64,000 nt of DNA, taken from assembly GCF_018977255.1 (NCBI RefSeq), contig NW_024704742.1:136712001-136776000 (forward strand), given 5' to 3'. This document shows positions 49,945 through 61,366 of this stretch, in pieces. The stretch comes from Callorhinchus milii. Taxonomy: Eukaryota. Every line of letters begins with the position of its first letter. The first letter of the stretch is position 1. Below the pieces are notes generated by a model. The model ran no database searches, was not told the DNA's origin, and worked only from the letters and a program-made list of their open reading frames with translations. The position numbers and the translations under genes are program-made.

Positions 49945-50948
49945 TTTGATGTCACCTCTTGGTGACATCATCAACAGACATGGGGTCAACTTGTACATGT
50001 GTGCGGATGACATCCAACTCCACATCTCTGCCTCCACCCTTGACTCCAGGACCAGCATGTCTGTCAGACATCAAGTCCTGGATGAGAGCTAACTTTTTTC
50101 AGTTGAACATCAACAAGACCGAGGCTCTCCTGATTGGCTCCCGTCAGCGCCTCCTCACCTCAAGCGCTGATAGTATCACCATCCATGGTTTCACACTCCA
50201 CCTTGCTGGAACCTTGGGTCTTATTTGACCCTCAACTATTCTTTCTACCCCACATCTGCACCATACCCCTCTGCCTTCCCCCACCTCCGCAACTTTGCCC
50301 AGCTCTGCCACTTCCCCCCAACTCCGCAACTTTGCCCGGCTTTGCCACTGTCTACACCGCAGGCCACCGAAACCCTCATACATGTTTTCATTACATCAAG
50401 GTTCGACTATGCAAACTCACTGCTTGTCGGTCTCCCCAACTCCTCCCTCCATTGGCTGCAGATTATCCAGAACTCTGCAGCCTGTGTCCTCTCCCGCACC
50501 AGGCTCCGCGACCCTATCACTCCCATGCTCACCCGATCCCATCACACAGAGGATACAGTTCAAGATCCTCGTCCTCAACTTCAAAGTCCATGGTCTTGCC
50601 CCCACCTAACTCTGCAACCTCCTAACCCCCTACCATCCTGCTTGCTCCCTTCGTTCAGCGGGCTCCGGCCTGCTTCACGTCCCCTGCCTTGCTCACCCCA
50701 CTATTGGTGGGTGGGCCTTCTGCCACTCTGCCCCCATCCTCTGGAACTCCATCCCACAGTCCCTCCGCCTCGCCTCCTCCGTTGCCACCTTCAAAACCCA
50801 TCTCAAGCACTCTTCAACAGTGCTTTCAATCTCCCTGCTTCCCCCCCCCCGCCCTCCACCCTCCCCGACCCCGAATCCCAGCTCGGGTCTGTAACTCTGT
50901 CGCTTTGGGACGTCCTCCTGACATGAAATGTCATTTTGTTGTTGTTGA
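49945..50948 (+). mobile_element. L2 LINE ~1 kb 3' fragment with decayed RT C-terminus
   Basis: PLGDIINRHGVNLYMCADDIQL (decayed YADD), CLSDIKSWMRANFFQLNINKTEALLIG, ETLIHVFITSRFDYANSLL and QNSAACVLSRTR; multiple frameshifts; ~36-bp tandem duplication at 50276-50348; terminal hairpin and (GTT)n. Confidence 0.93.
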
Positions 50949-51179
50949 TGTGTTTGAAGAACAATGCTGTTCATGAGTTGGCTGCCATATTCGCATACAA
51001 GTGCACAGTCATTGCTCTTTGCAGGGACCTCTTTGAGGTGCTTTTGAGATACCTATTTGCATCAACATACACACCCGTGCACACACACACATACACAAAA
51101 AGCTACAGATGTAGTCACTCACAGATAAATGCGCACACAGACCTAAAACCTACTATTTTCACATCCACATCAATCCCTA

Positions 51180-51528
51180 TAATAATAATAATCCTTGCTA
51201 GCCTCTTATCTCATCATTGAGATGTTTCAAAGGGCTTCGTAGATTATAAACTGATTTGACTATATATTTTGTGGTCGAATTCCACACAGCAGTGTCGCAC
51301 AAACAGTCATGGTTTGAGTAACCAAATGTTTTGAAGCGAGGGATTATTACCCCCAGAAAAGCGATCTGCCAATCGACTAACAACCAGGTTCCTACTTAAT
51401 GCCAGGTAAACTGGGGCGTGCCTGTGTGTGGATTAAGGTAATTTGCCTAAGGTTTCACCCAGATCGGGAATCAAACCCGGGTCCTCTCACTTGCGAGGCG
51501 AGCGCACTTACCACTACGCAACGGGACT
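51180..51528 (-). mobile_element. SINE subfamily A
   Basis: Head to tail match on the reverse strand. Confidence 0.88.
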
Positions 51529-51970
51529 TGTGCTGATATCTCTATCAGTGCAGATATCTCTAACTCTCCACTGTATAGGACTTAAATGACACTTTCCAGA
51601 GGATTATAGTTTATCGGTTGCTGACAATCAGCCAGCACTCAGCGCCTCCCTGAGATTAGCTGGATGTTCCTTGCGGGATTAGCGTGACCTCGCTGACCTG
51701 TTTTAGGAGTGTGTAAATCCCAGCTGGTTACAGTGCTGGTCTGACAGGTTACCAGGTGCAGAATAACAGCGGGCAAATCAAACTATCGTCATTAAAACAT
51801 TGGCAGTAATAGGCTACAGTTTTTTATCTTTAATCTCAATGGATTCTGGGCATTGTGTCTGTGCCGCTCTCTATTTAGTCCCACTCCACAGCCCTTCATT
51901 GCCTCCCACAACCTGTTAGATTTTGCTAATTCCGTATTACAAATGTGTCTAATTACCTTCAGCCATCAAC

Positions 51971-52160
51971 TCGCTGGGAACACTCAGCAGGTCAGGCAGC
52001 ATCTATGGAGAGAAGAAAGTGAGTTAACGTTTCAGGTCGATGACCTTTCATCAGAACTCTTGACATCAGAACAGTTTCGACAAAAGGTCATCGACCTGAA
52101 ATGTTAACTCATTTTCCTCTCTCCATTGATGGTACCTGACCTGCTGAGTGCTCCCAGCGA
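51971..52160. mobile_element. Fold-back (palindromic) element, probably a Penelope-like-element terminal-repeat derivative
   Basis: Arms of ~85 nt: tcgctgggaacactcagcaggtcagg...gagttaacgtttcaggtcgatgaccttt versus aaaggtcatcgacctgaaatgttaactc...cctgacctgctgagtgctcccagcga. Confidence 0.8.
52021..52059 (-). ncRNA. Putative minimal type I hammerhead ribozyme
   Basis: Minus strand reads GAGTT-CTGATGA-A-AGGTC-ATC-GACCT-GAAAC-GT-T-AACTC: complete core, 5-bp stem I, 5-bp stem II and palindromic ACGT stem III. Confidence 0.6.
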
Positions 52161-52524
52161 TGTGTGTTTTTATTTCACACATATATTCTGTGAAGCACTT
52201 TTAGGCATCTCAATGACGTGATAACAATAATAATAATCCTTTCATGTGATATAACGCTTTTCACGTCTTCTAGTCAAGGCATTATATGAAGTGCAAGGAT
52301 TATTATATAAATGCAAGTTGTTGCTGTTGAAAGATATTATGATTCTGCTTCAAACCCCAGATTTTGGTCAGGCACTCCATGTCCTAATAACCCTCTCTCT
52401 GTAATAAATAGCCTAACTTCTCCCTTTGGTCTTTTGGGGAATCTTAAGTTGATGCCCTCTAGTTGCTGACCAGTGGAAATACTTTCTCTTCCAGTTTCCC
52501 TTGTTCAGCTCTTTATAACTCTGA

Positions 52525-52822
52525 GCACGATTTGAGACGGGTCTTGAAAAAGGGGAGAGAGAGTAGGTGGGAGGAAATCAGTCAGAGAGACCCCGGGATG
52601 GAGCTCCAAAGAGCGGGAGCGGAATGGATGAAAGTTCACCTGCTGATTGATGGTGGGCAGATAAGGTGTACATGAAGCGGAGTGAGCAAGTCGAAGGAAT
52701 TGAGGAACGTCTCAGAGATGGATGAAGTCACAGAGGTCGGGTGGGGTGGGGTGGGGTGTGCCCGTGGAGGGACTTAAAGGTGAGAACAAGGATCTTGAAT
52801 TCGATCTGCTGGGGGATGGAGA
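52525..52822 (-). mobile_element. L2 LINE 3' fragment
   Basis: Reverse complement of 'ccccagcagatcgaattcaagatccttgttctcacctttaag' and 'ttcaagacccgtctcaaa'. Confidence 0.8.
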
Positions 52823-53654
52823 GTCCTACAATGGAGCAAAGTCCTACAAACAGCCATGAAGTTAATGAACAATTTTATATAGGGACTGTTGGCCAGGACA
52901 CAACCCTTGCTTTGATGTGTACCGTGGATCTTTAGCATGCATCTGAACGTCTAAAGGTTCAGATATCCTACATGAAGTCTCAATTCGGTTGGTTCAGTTA
53001 CAATCCCTTTCCCCTCTCCCCCCCATCCTCCCAATCTCCTTGGTGCCCCTCGAACTGTCACGCCAGCTTTCTGTCCTCCCCTACAGAGAGTGTAGAATCT
53101 CTGGCTGGTAATTTATTCAGTTCCTGGAAGGAAAACCGAATACTTGTGAGCTTGACACATGTTCAGCTGGGAACATAAATGTAAGGAAATGCTCTGGATT
53201 CCAGACAGAAGTTGATTCATTGAAGTATTTTCAAGGTTAAGTTAGTCAAATTTCTCAATGGCTCGAGCCAGGTTTCCACCCCTCCTGCTTTCCACCCTCC
53301 ACCTTCTCCCCTCAAGGAAATGGTTCGGGCACTATCGGTGGAAACATTTCCACGGGGGCCAAGGTACAGTTCCACAATATGGTGCTGTGGGTGCCAAAGT
53401 TTGCCCACAAAATATACCGTCAATTTACAGTATATTCTGTGAAGCGCTTTGAGACGTTTCGAAGACGTGATAAGGCGCTATATCAAATGCAAGGAATATT
53501 ATTATTATTAATGAACAGTTCCACAGGCGCTGGGGCCATTGGTGCATTTCTGTGTTGCCATCTCAATATAGTTCCACAAACGACAGCCAATTTACCACTG
53601 GAACTCTCCCAAATCCTTTTGCTTAGCACTCCTGTTGCTGTCTGCCTTCAGACC

Positions 53655-53775
53655 CTATATAGTGATGTATTGCTAATATCAGATTATGCTGTCCATGTTT
53701 AATATCAGGCTATATAGAGGTGCTCACTGCTAATAGACTACATAGAGGTGTCACTGTTAATATTGTTCGACTACA
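53655..53775. repeat. Degenerate ~26-30 bp minisatellite
   Basis: Recurring 'ctatatagaggtgctcactgctaata' variants, about 4 units. Confidence 0.55.
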
Positions 53776-54253
53776 AAAGATACAGTCACTCCACTTTACA
53801 GTGTATTCTGTAAAGCGCTTTGAGACATCTCGAAGACATCATAAGGCACTACATCAAATGCAAGGATTATTATAATATCTATGTAGATAAACTGCGGACC
53901 AGTTTTAACACTAATAACAGAAATCACATAACACGTTGCACAGAGTAAATATAATCCATGCATTTGATATCACACGTTTAACTTCAGTAGGATGTCTCAG
54001 AGCACTGTAAAGTACACTGTGTTTTCTAAGGCGATTTCTTATCAAATGATTACTTATCAGGGTGGTCCAACTGGCGGCCTGTGGGCCTGTTGGACCTCAC
54101 TGGCCTAGATTATTACTTTATTATCGTCATGCCCATCATAAAATGTTGATGTTGAGAAGTTCATTGTACATGAAAGTCGCTTTGTGAGGGAAAGTTGTTG
54201 TGGAGAAATGAAGTGAGGTGTGACTGATCTTTTGGTCTTTTCTTGTGCCTCAG

Positions 54254-54436
54254 GCTCAGGATTTGAACGTGATCGAGGAGGTGATCCGAATGATGCTGGA
54301 GATCATCAACTCTTGCCTGGCCAATTCCCTCCACCACAACCCAAACCTGGTCTACGCACTGCTCTACAAGCGGGACCTCTTTGAGCAGTTCCGCACCCAC
54401 CCGTCCTTCCAGGATGTCATGCAGAACCTTGACACG
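54254..54436 (+). CDS. DYM: Dymeclin internal coding exon, [61 protein letters not shown]
   Basis: cctcag acceptor ending 54253; gtgag donor at 54437; 183 nt = 61 codons, phase 0/0. Lies within ORF 54245..54481 and is near-identical to the recalled Dymeclin C-terminal region. Confidence 0.97.
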
Positions 54437-55318
54437 GTGAGCAGTGGAGGGGCAGGAACGGGGGAGGGGGAATTGAAGTGAAGGTGGATGGTGCGGGAGG
54501 TTGGGATGGGATTCTGGTAAGGTGGGGTCTCTGGCCATTTGCTTGGGATACCCAGGCCCTTTGTTAGATACAGTTTTATTGGCTTTACCAATGGGAGTGA
54601 TATCAACTAGGGGGCAGAGGGTGGGGGAGACTGTTCTACCAGTTTATTAGACGGGAGCAACCTTTTAATTCCTTCTCGCCGCCTTTTCCCCACAGTAATT
54701 GCTTCTGTTTACCGTTTGTTTCATTTACCAAATAGAATATCAAGGGAATATTGCAACATGTAAACGTATTGTTAACATGATATTGAACCCGGAAACCCAT
54801 CACACTTTCTTTCCCTCTCTTCCATCTCTCAGGGAATGGCGTGACAGACAGACTGAGAGGGGGGGAGGGGGAATGCAGTGATGGAGAGACAGAGAGAGAT
54901 GGATGGAATGAGAGACTGAGAGGGGGAGTGAGGGACGGACAGACAGACAACAATAACAAATTACATTTGCACAGCGCCTTTCACATCAGGAGGATGTGAA
55001 GGCGCTGGACAGTCAGGGATTTGCACCCGAGCTGGGGGTTGGATCAGGAAGGGTGGAGGGCAGGGAGGGTAGGGGTAGGAAGGTGACCAAAGGCGCGGTG
55101 GAAGTGGAGGGTCTTGAGATGGGCCTTGAAGGAGGCAAATGAGGGGGTGAGGTAAAGGGACTGTAGTTCCAAATGGTGGGGCAAAAAAGGCTGAAAAGAG
55201 AGTGAGGAGCAGACTGAGAGAGGGACACAGACTGACAGATGGAAGATAAGGAGAGAGAGTGAAGGACAGACTGACAGAGAGGCAGACAGACGAATGACTG
55301 CCTGTGCTTGTCTTGCAG
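54437..55318 (+). other. DYM: DYM intron, 882 bp
   Basis: GT...AG ends; exons join as NLDT|VISY. Contains GA/GACA-rich simple repeats and an antisense L2 3' end. Confidence 0.92.
54951..55200 (-). mobile_element. L2 LINE 3' end within the short DYM intron
   Basis: 'caataacaaattacatttgcacagcgcctttcacatcaggaggatgt...gggtcttgagatgggccttgaaggagg'. Confidence 0.85.
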
Positions 55319-55432
55319 GTGATCAGCTATTTCAGCTCTCGGCTGGAGCAGGCAGGAGCTGACCTGTCTGTGGAGCGGGTCCTGGAAGTTATCAAACAAG
55401 GAGTTGTAGCATTACCCAAAGACAGGCTGAAG
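55319..55432 (+). CDS. DYM: Dymeclin coding exon (penultimate by comparison with human), [38 protein letters not shown]
   Basis: ttgcag acceptor ending 55318; gtgag donor at 55433; 114 nt = 38 codons, phase 0/0. Matches recalled Dymeclin [38 protein letters not shown]. Confidence 0.96.
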
Positions 55433-55908
55433 GTGAGCATCGCTGATTGTTACTGCTGATATGGGAATAGGAGGCCATTCAGCCCATCAAGCCTGTAACT
55501 CCAGTTGATTAGATCTCTCAATCCCTTTTCCTCGGCTTTTCATATTGTTAAGACATCTCAAAGCGTAGTGTACAGTGGAGCAAATCACTCTGTCAAACGG
55601 TGGTTAGGCTGTGGAATACCTTACCACAAATGGCTGGATGAGGCACCAAAAAATTGGTTAGACCCGGGGGAGAAATATCTAGATATACTCTTCATTTTCT
55701 GAGCTTTACCGTGTGTCCGGGATTTGACAAATTCTTAACCACAGTCTTAAAGCGGTTTATTGTAAGAAGAACCCCCACAAAAAGGGCTTCAAAGTTCATA
55801 CTTAATTCAACAATTTGCCAAATTCTGGACCCATGAAAATGCGACAGAGCAAATCTAGACCGGTTTGCACACATAAGAGTTTCAGATAGTCTGTCAGTCA
55901 TAATACGT

Positions 55909-56082
55909 AATAATAATAATCTTTTGCATTTGATATAGCACCTTATCACGTGTTGAGATGCTTCAAAGGGCTTCACAGGATAAAGTAAACTGACTGTATA
56001 GTTTGTGGGTGAAATGAGGCAGCCAATTGCGCACAGCAGTGTCCAACAAACAGTTGCGGATTGAGTGACCAAATTATTATTA
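55909..56082 (-). mobile_element. SINE 3' half
   Basis: (AAT)n, tail hairpin and Deu-like 3' half. Confidence 0.85.
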
Positions 56083-56639
56083 TTTGATTTATTTAAATAA
56101 AAATAAATAAATAAATAAATAAATCAGGTTATTGGCCCAAGGAGCGGGGAGAGATGTACTAAGGTTCTGTTAAGGGAAATTCAGATGTGATTGAATATGT
56201 GAAAAGCCCCTTATTGCTTAAAACATTGTCTCTGACTCTCTCCCTCCTCCCCCTACTTTAGTCGGATTACCAGTGGTGAAGGCTGCTAGCTAGAGGCTGG
56301 TGAGGAGAGGAGTGTGCTCTCAGCTAGGAGATAAGTATTAGGATAAATTGGGAAAACTTGAAAGTCTTCACTGGGGCTATTTTTACACAGACACAATTAG
56401 TTCGGATTAGAAAATGTCGGGTTGCTGGCTCTATTCTAGTTGTGCAAGAACGGGCTACTGTATTAACCGTTTGAGGTCAGGGTTTCATCTGAATTGTGAT
56501 AGAACTGGTGGAAATCGTTAGAAGACAACCGGCGACATCGATAATCCATGTTTTGTGATGTTCCGCAATGCGATGAAAGTAAACTCTCAGCAATTAAAAG
56601 AATTTTAGTGATGAAAGATTTTTAAAAAAAATGTTTTAT

Positions 56640-56785
56640 CTACAAAATGGCCCACTTCAGGGTCATCAGGTTGCCAACGACATCACTTCCTGCGTTTTGA
56701 ATATGCGCGAGCTTCTTGCACACCCGTAACGCACAGGAAGTGACATCGGTGGGGAACTGACAACTGGAACCCATCATTTTTGTAG
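56640..56785. mobile_element. Palindromic MITE-like element (family P1)
   Basis: ctacaaaatgg...tcacttcctgcgtt / aacgcacaggaagtga...catttttgtag; the left arm matches 35494-35544. Confidence 0.65.
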
Positions 56786-58003
56786 TCAGAAATCTTTAGA
56801 AAAATTGCATTTGAGATGTTTCAACATTATAGGAGCTATAAACCCAAGGATTATTATATTGTAATTCGCGGGGGGAGAAACTGAGTAAGCCGATCACAAT
56901 CACTGCAACACAGTTTGAGTCAGAATGGCTTGGACGGATTTGTAGTTGGGTAATTGTACTGAGTTTCATCATGGTCTATGTGGCCAGCTGCAGGGCACGT
57001 AGGCTGCACAGTCAGTGTGTAACAAAGGGCTGAGTCGCTCACTTCAGAGCCAGACATTGAACAGAAGTCGAGGTTTGTGTCTTCAGCCACAGCGTCATTG
57101 CCAGACAATCCGTCTGACTCAGTGTGAGGAGGTTTCAGTGTCAGACAGGCAGACACCGAGTGAGGGGTTCATAGAGTATTTGCAAGCAGGAAGTCTCCGA
57201 GCTAAACAGTGAATGAGGGTTTGCAGTGCAAAGTGCTTGTGGGTTCAGGTCGAACCTCTCTCCGGAAAATCCCAGCACCAGATTGGAATATTTTTACAGT
57301 TTAGGCACTTATTGGATTCCATTTTGATTTAAGACATGAAGAATGATGCAGCACTGAAACAGGCCATTCGGCCCAACTCGTCCTTGTTGGAAAGTGGTGA
57401 TGGGATGAGTGAACGGACCAGGATTTGAACCTGGGACCTTTTGGTTCCAAGGCCAATCCAGCGCCTCCCGACGTGAAAGGCACTCTATAAATGGAATCTT
57501 GTTGTTGTTGTAATCTTGTTGTAAGTGAACTAAGCTCCTCAGGTGCCTTTGAATAATTCTATTGATCTAGCCAAGAGCCATTTGTCTGAATCAATTCCGA
57601 ATCCTATCATTGCTCTGAGTGATGTTGCCTCTAACCTGCTTCTCTCTGCTGAGGATCCTGACACTCTTGAACCGAGTCCCCAGCGAATGGAAATGGTCAC
57701 ATGGTGTAATTGTTGTGCCAGGGCATTCGAACCCTCCTGGGATCTCTCTATCCATTCTGTGTGCCGTTTCTTCAGTGGCACAGCTCTTGATCGCTGGTAG
57801 GTGAAAGGTAACATGGAACCAGGGCCCAGGTGGTTTCGATCAGTTCAGAACCTCTTAAAATTGCAGCTATGTGCTTCTGACGTGATATTTCCTGATTTGT
57901 CACCCTTAGTTTAAAAAGAAAGAAATTCCAGGCCGGACGCAAGCCAGTGGGCACAAGGTCTCTAATCCAGCTTTTAGCTCCTCTACTACAGTGATGATAC
58001 TAC

Positions 58004-58346
58004 TAATAATAATCCTTACAGAATAATATAGTGCCTTAACACATCGTTGATACATCTCAAAGCGCTCGCAGAGTGTATTGCAGAGTGGATTGACTGTATT
58101 TTGTGGGTGAAACATGGCAGTCAATTGCGCAAAGCGGTGTGTCCTACAGACAGTCGTGGAGTAGATGACCAAATTATTATTTTTAACGGGGGGTGGGGAT
58201 TATTGCCCCAAGAAGTAATCCCCAATCCTACTTACTGATAGGCAAACAGAGGCCTGTGGAGTAAGGAAAGTTGCCAAGATTTTGCCCTGCCCGGGAATTG
58301 AACGCAGGTCCTCACGCTTTCAAGGTGACTGCTCTAACCACTACAC
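58004..58346 (-). mobile_element. SINE subfamily A
   Basis: Head to tail match on the reverse strand. Confidence 0.85.
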
Positions 58347-58875
58347 TGGGAATACACTCTCTAGTCCTAATCCTCTCCCACATGCCCCTTCATACTGTTT
58401 CTTCAAATATGTATTCAGTTCCCTGTTAAACACGTTCCATTTGGCTGTTCAGATAGACGTCACACGGCACTGTTCAAAAAGAGAAGAGAGTTTGTCCTAG
58501 CTGAGAAATCCTGCCATAAATAAAATTGGTCACTCACTTCATGGCTGTTTGTGAGATATTGCTGTGACTTGTTCGCCTACAAAAATTTAGTGGGTAACTC
58601 TCAACAACAACAACATTGCGTAGCTCCTTAAAATACACAGTCACTATACAACAGTAAATCGTGTGAAGCTCTTTGAGGTGTTTTGACGACATGATGAGAC
58701 GCTGTATCAAATGCGAAGAGGATTAGAAAGTCGCCCTTTATAACCCTGAAACCTGTGACCTCACGTGTTGCTGCCCTGGAGAATGCTGTGGTAACCTGGT
58801 CATTAAGTGGGGAGAAAGTTTCTCAGCATTGCAGAGCTTGGTACATTCTGAGGCCCAATGTGCCTCTTGTGCTTT

Positions 58876-59066
58876 GGCTTAAGACCATTATCTTACAATT
58901 CAAGTCTGTGCGGAATTTTGGAAAACAGTCTGAAACTCAGTGGTAATTTGCAAACCAATTTTCCACAGTGTCCAGAAAGAACCGTGGGAAATTGGCTTCT
59001 AAATTAAGACTGTTTTCCAAAATTCCGCATGATCTTAAACTGTAAAACATGGGAGTAAACCTAAGA
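58876..59066. mobile_element. Palindromic MITE-like element (family P2)
   Basis: Perfect 23-bp inverted repeat at 58909-58931 / 59007-59029 with further imperfect arms; a related arm lies at ~3149-3199. Confidence 0.7.
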
Positions 59067-61049
59067 TCGTGAGAACTTAAGGTCTCTGATAACAGCAGCT
59101 CAGTTTAGTCTGTTCTGTCTTGAGATATCGGTTGTCTGAAAAGGTGAACTGGCTGCCAAGCACGACCAATAGATAATTTGATCTAGCTCCTATCACGTCA
59201 GAATTAAAGAGCTTCACAGAGAACTGCTGTTAAGTGTAGTGACTGTGTCTATAGCAGTCAGCAGGAACTCGCTTGTTAGTCAATTGGTAGATCGCTTTCC
59301 AGAAGTAATAATCCCTCCCAAAAAAATGTGGTCACTCGACTGTTTGTGGGACACTGCTGTGTGCAATTGGCTGCTGTGTTTCGCCCACAAAATACAGTCA
59401 ATTTACTTTACAGTGAAGCGCTTTGAGACTCCTTTCTCTATATTCTGATACAGTTATAGGATCTTTAACATTCCACTGAATGTTTAGGTGGAAGATCTCA
59501 CCTGACAAAGCAGCGCTTCCCCAAGTGCTGGAGTGTCAGCCTCGCTCAACTGTGAGCTCACAATCTTCTGACCCTGAGATGACAGCATTGTCTGAGTGAA
59601 TAAGAGTATTAAGGCCTAGGAGAAATGGTGGGGAAATGAGATTTGTGGGTCAGTCTGGCTCAGTCAGTAGCATTCTCGGCTCTTGAGTCAGAATGAAAGC
59701 AGGGAGTTTCTCTCTATGTCCTGGACAACAGTCTCCGTGATGAAATTCACAGTTGTTTGAGGGATGTTGATGTGCACAAATTGAATGCCTCGTTCACCTA
59801 CAAATACACAGTCATTACACTTGACAGTGAAATTCTGTGAAGCCCTTTCAGACTTCTCCTAGTGTGATTATTAAGATCTAGGATTAGGATTATTAAAATC
59901 TGTTGGAACAGTCTCAATGGTCTGAATGGACTTGTCTTGTTCCAATGTTCTACCCCCCCACCCCCCTCCTCTACACGCACACACACACACACACTCTCGA
60001 CTAATCTGCTCAGTGAGAGGCTTTGATAGACTGCTGTCTGGGCTGGCTGTGATCAGCTGTTCTTTTCCTGTTTGCCTTGGATGTCTAAACGCATTTAAAA
60101 TAGTCTTGAACCACTTCTAAATTGGCACATTGGTTAAAAAAGGAGGTAATATAATCTCCTATCAAAATAGAAGCTGCAAATATCACAATTTAATCTTGTT
60201 TGGAACCAAATGCAGCCGGTGGCTGACTATAAAGAGGCATGTTTTTCTGACTCGGAACAGATAAGGAAGTATCCACTGATCTATATTGTGAATGGAGCAA
60301 CTTCTCTCTCTCTCTCTCTCCCTCCTTCACTTATTTCCCCTATTCTTCTCTTCTCTCCTCTTCTCACTATCTTCCCTTCTCTTCTTCCTCCTCTCCTCTG
60401 CCCACTCTTCTCTCCACCCCCACCCACATCCCCGTGTGTGCAAAATGGAAGGATTCCCCTCCAAACACAATGACTCCACTCTTCACTGTGAAGCGCTTTA
60501 AGACGCCCTCCAATGTGAAAGACGCTGTAGCAAAAGCGATAATTATTATTATTGGTTCAAATGCCTCAGGTGATCACTGTCAAGTGTAGTGACTGTATTT
60601 TCTGGGAAACATGATGGGCATTTTGCTCGCAGCTCAAGCCTAGACTTTAAGGGACGGGGAAAGTCCTGGGCTAAACTGCCCCTTTAAGATGTTCTGTATC
60701 GATGTTATTCTCAGTGAAGGGTATTTGGATCTTGCTGGTATTTTTGAGAGTACGTGAGACCGCACTTCTATGTCTCTAAGTTCGTTCCACTTCTGAGCAC
60801 TGCTTGGGTGTCTGCACTGTATTCAAATTGTCGTCCTGTGGCGGCTGGCCTCACCACACTGCTGTCTGCCATGTGTGTCTGGTGTCGAAAGGTCTGCAGT
60901 GGTGCAAACGGGAACCACAATGAATCACACTGGAGTCGTTCGTTGCAGTGCATGACAAAGCGGAGACGTACTTGTTAAGCAAATCCTCAGCATAACAAGC
61001 CTACAGACCTGGTGCTGCAGCTCGGTGAACTCCTTCACATAGGATGAGG

Positions 61050-61366
61050 GTCTGTGACCTGCTAACTCCCTCCGCTCAGCGGACTCTTGCCTGTTCCACG
61101 TCCCCCGACCTGCCTGCCCCACCATTGCTAGTCGGGCATTCATCCTTTCTGCCCCCACCCTTTGGAACCCCATCCCAAAGCCCCTCCGCCTCATTCCATC
61201 ACTCGCCTCCTCCGTCTCAGGACCTTCCTGTTCGACTGGGCTGTCACCCTCCTGCCCTCCACCCCACCTGATCCCAACCCTCAGCTCAGGTCCAAATTAT
61301 TGACCGTCCAGCGCTTTGGGTCGACTTCTCGACCATGAAAGGAGCTATGCAAATGTTGTTGTTGAT
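61050..61366 (+). mobile_element. L2 LINE 3' end
   Basis: 'gacctgctaactccc...tctgcccccaccctttggaacccc', terminal hairpin and gttgttgttg. Confidence 0.82.

Larger units (their letters stand above)
16482..54253 (+). other. DYM: DYM intron, ~37.8 kb
   Basis: GT...AG ends; the flanking exons join as PDY|AQD, which is contiguous in Dymeclin. Confidence 0.9.

Noticed and set aside
49959..50976. 233-aa and neighbouring ORFs with RT-like motifs
   Set aside because: Frameshifted L2 ORF2 remnant with YADD decayed to CADD; not an intact retrotransposon.
60645..60690. Short inverted repeat ttaagggac...gcccctttaa
   Set aside because: Too short and imperfect to call a Kolobok-type MITE.
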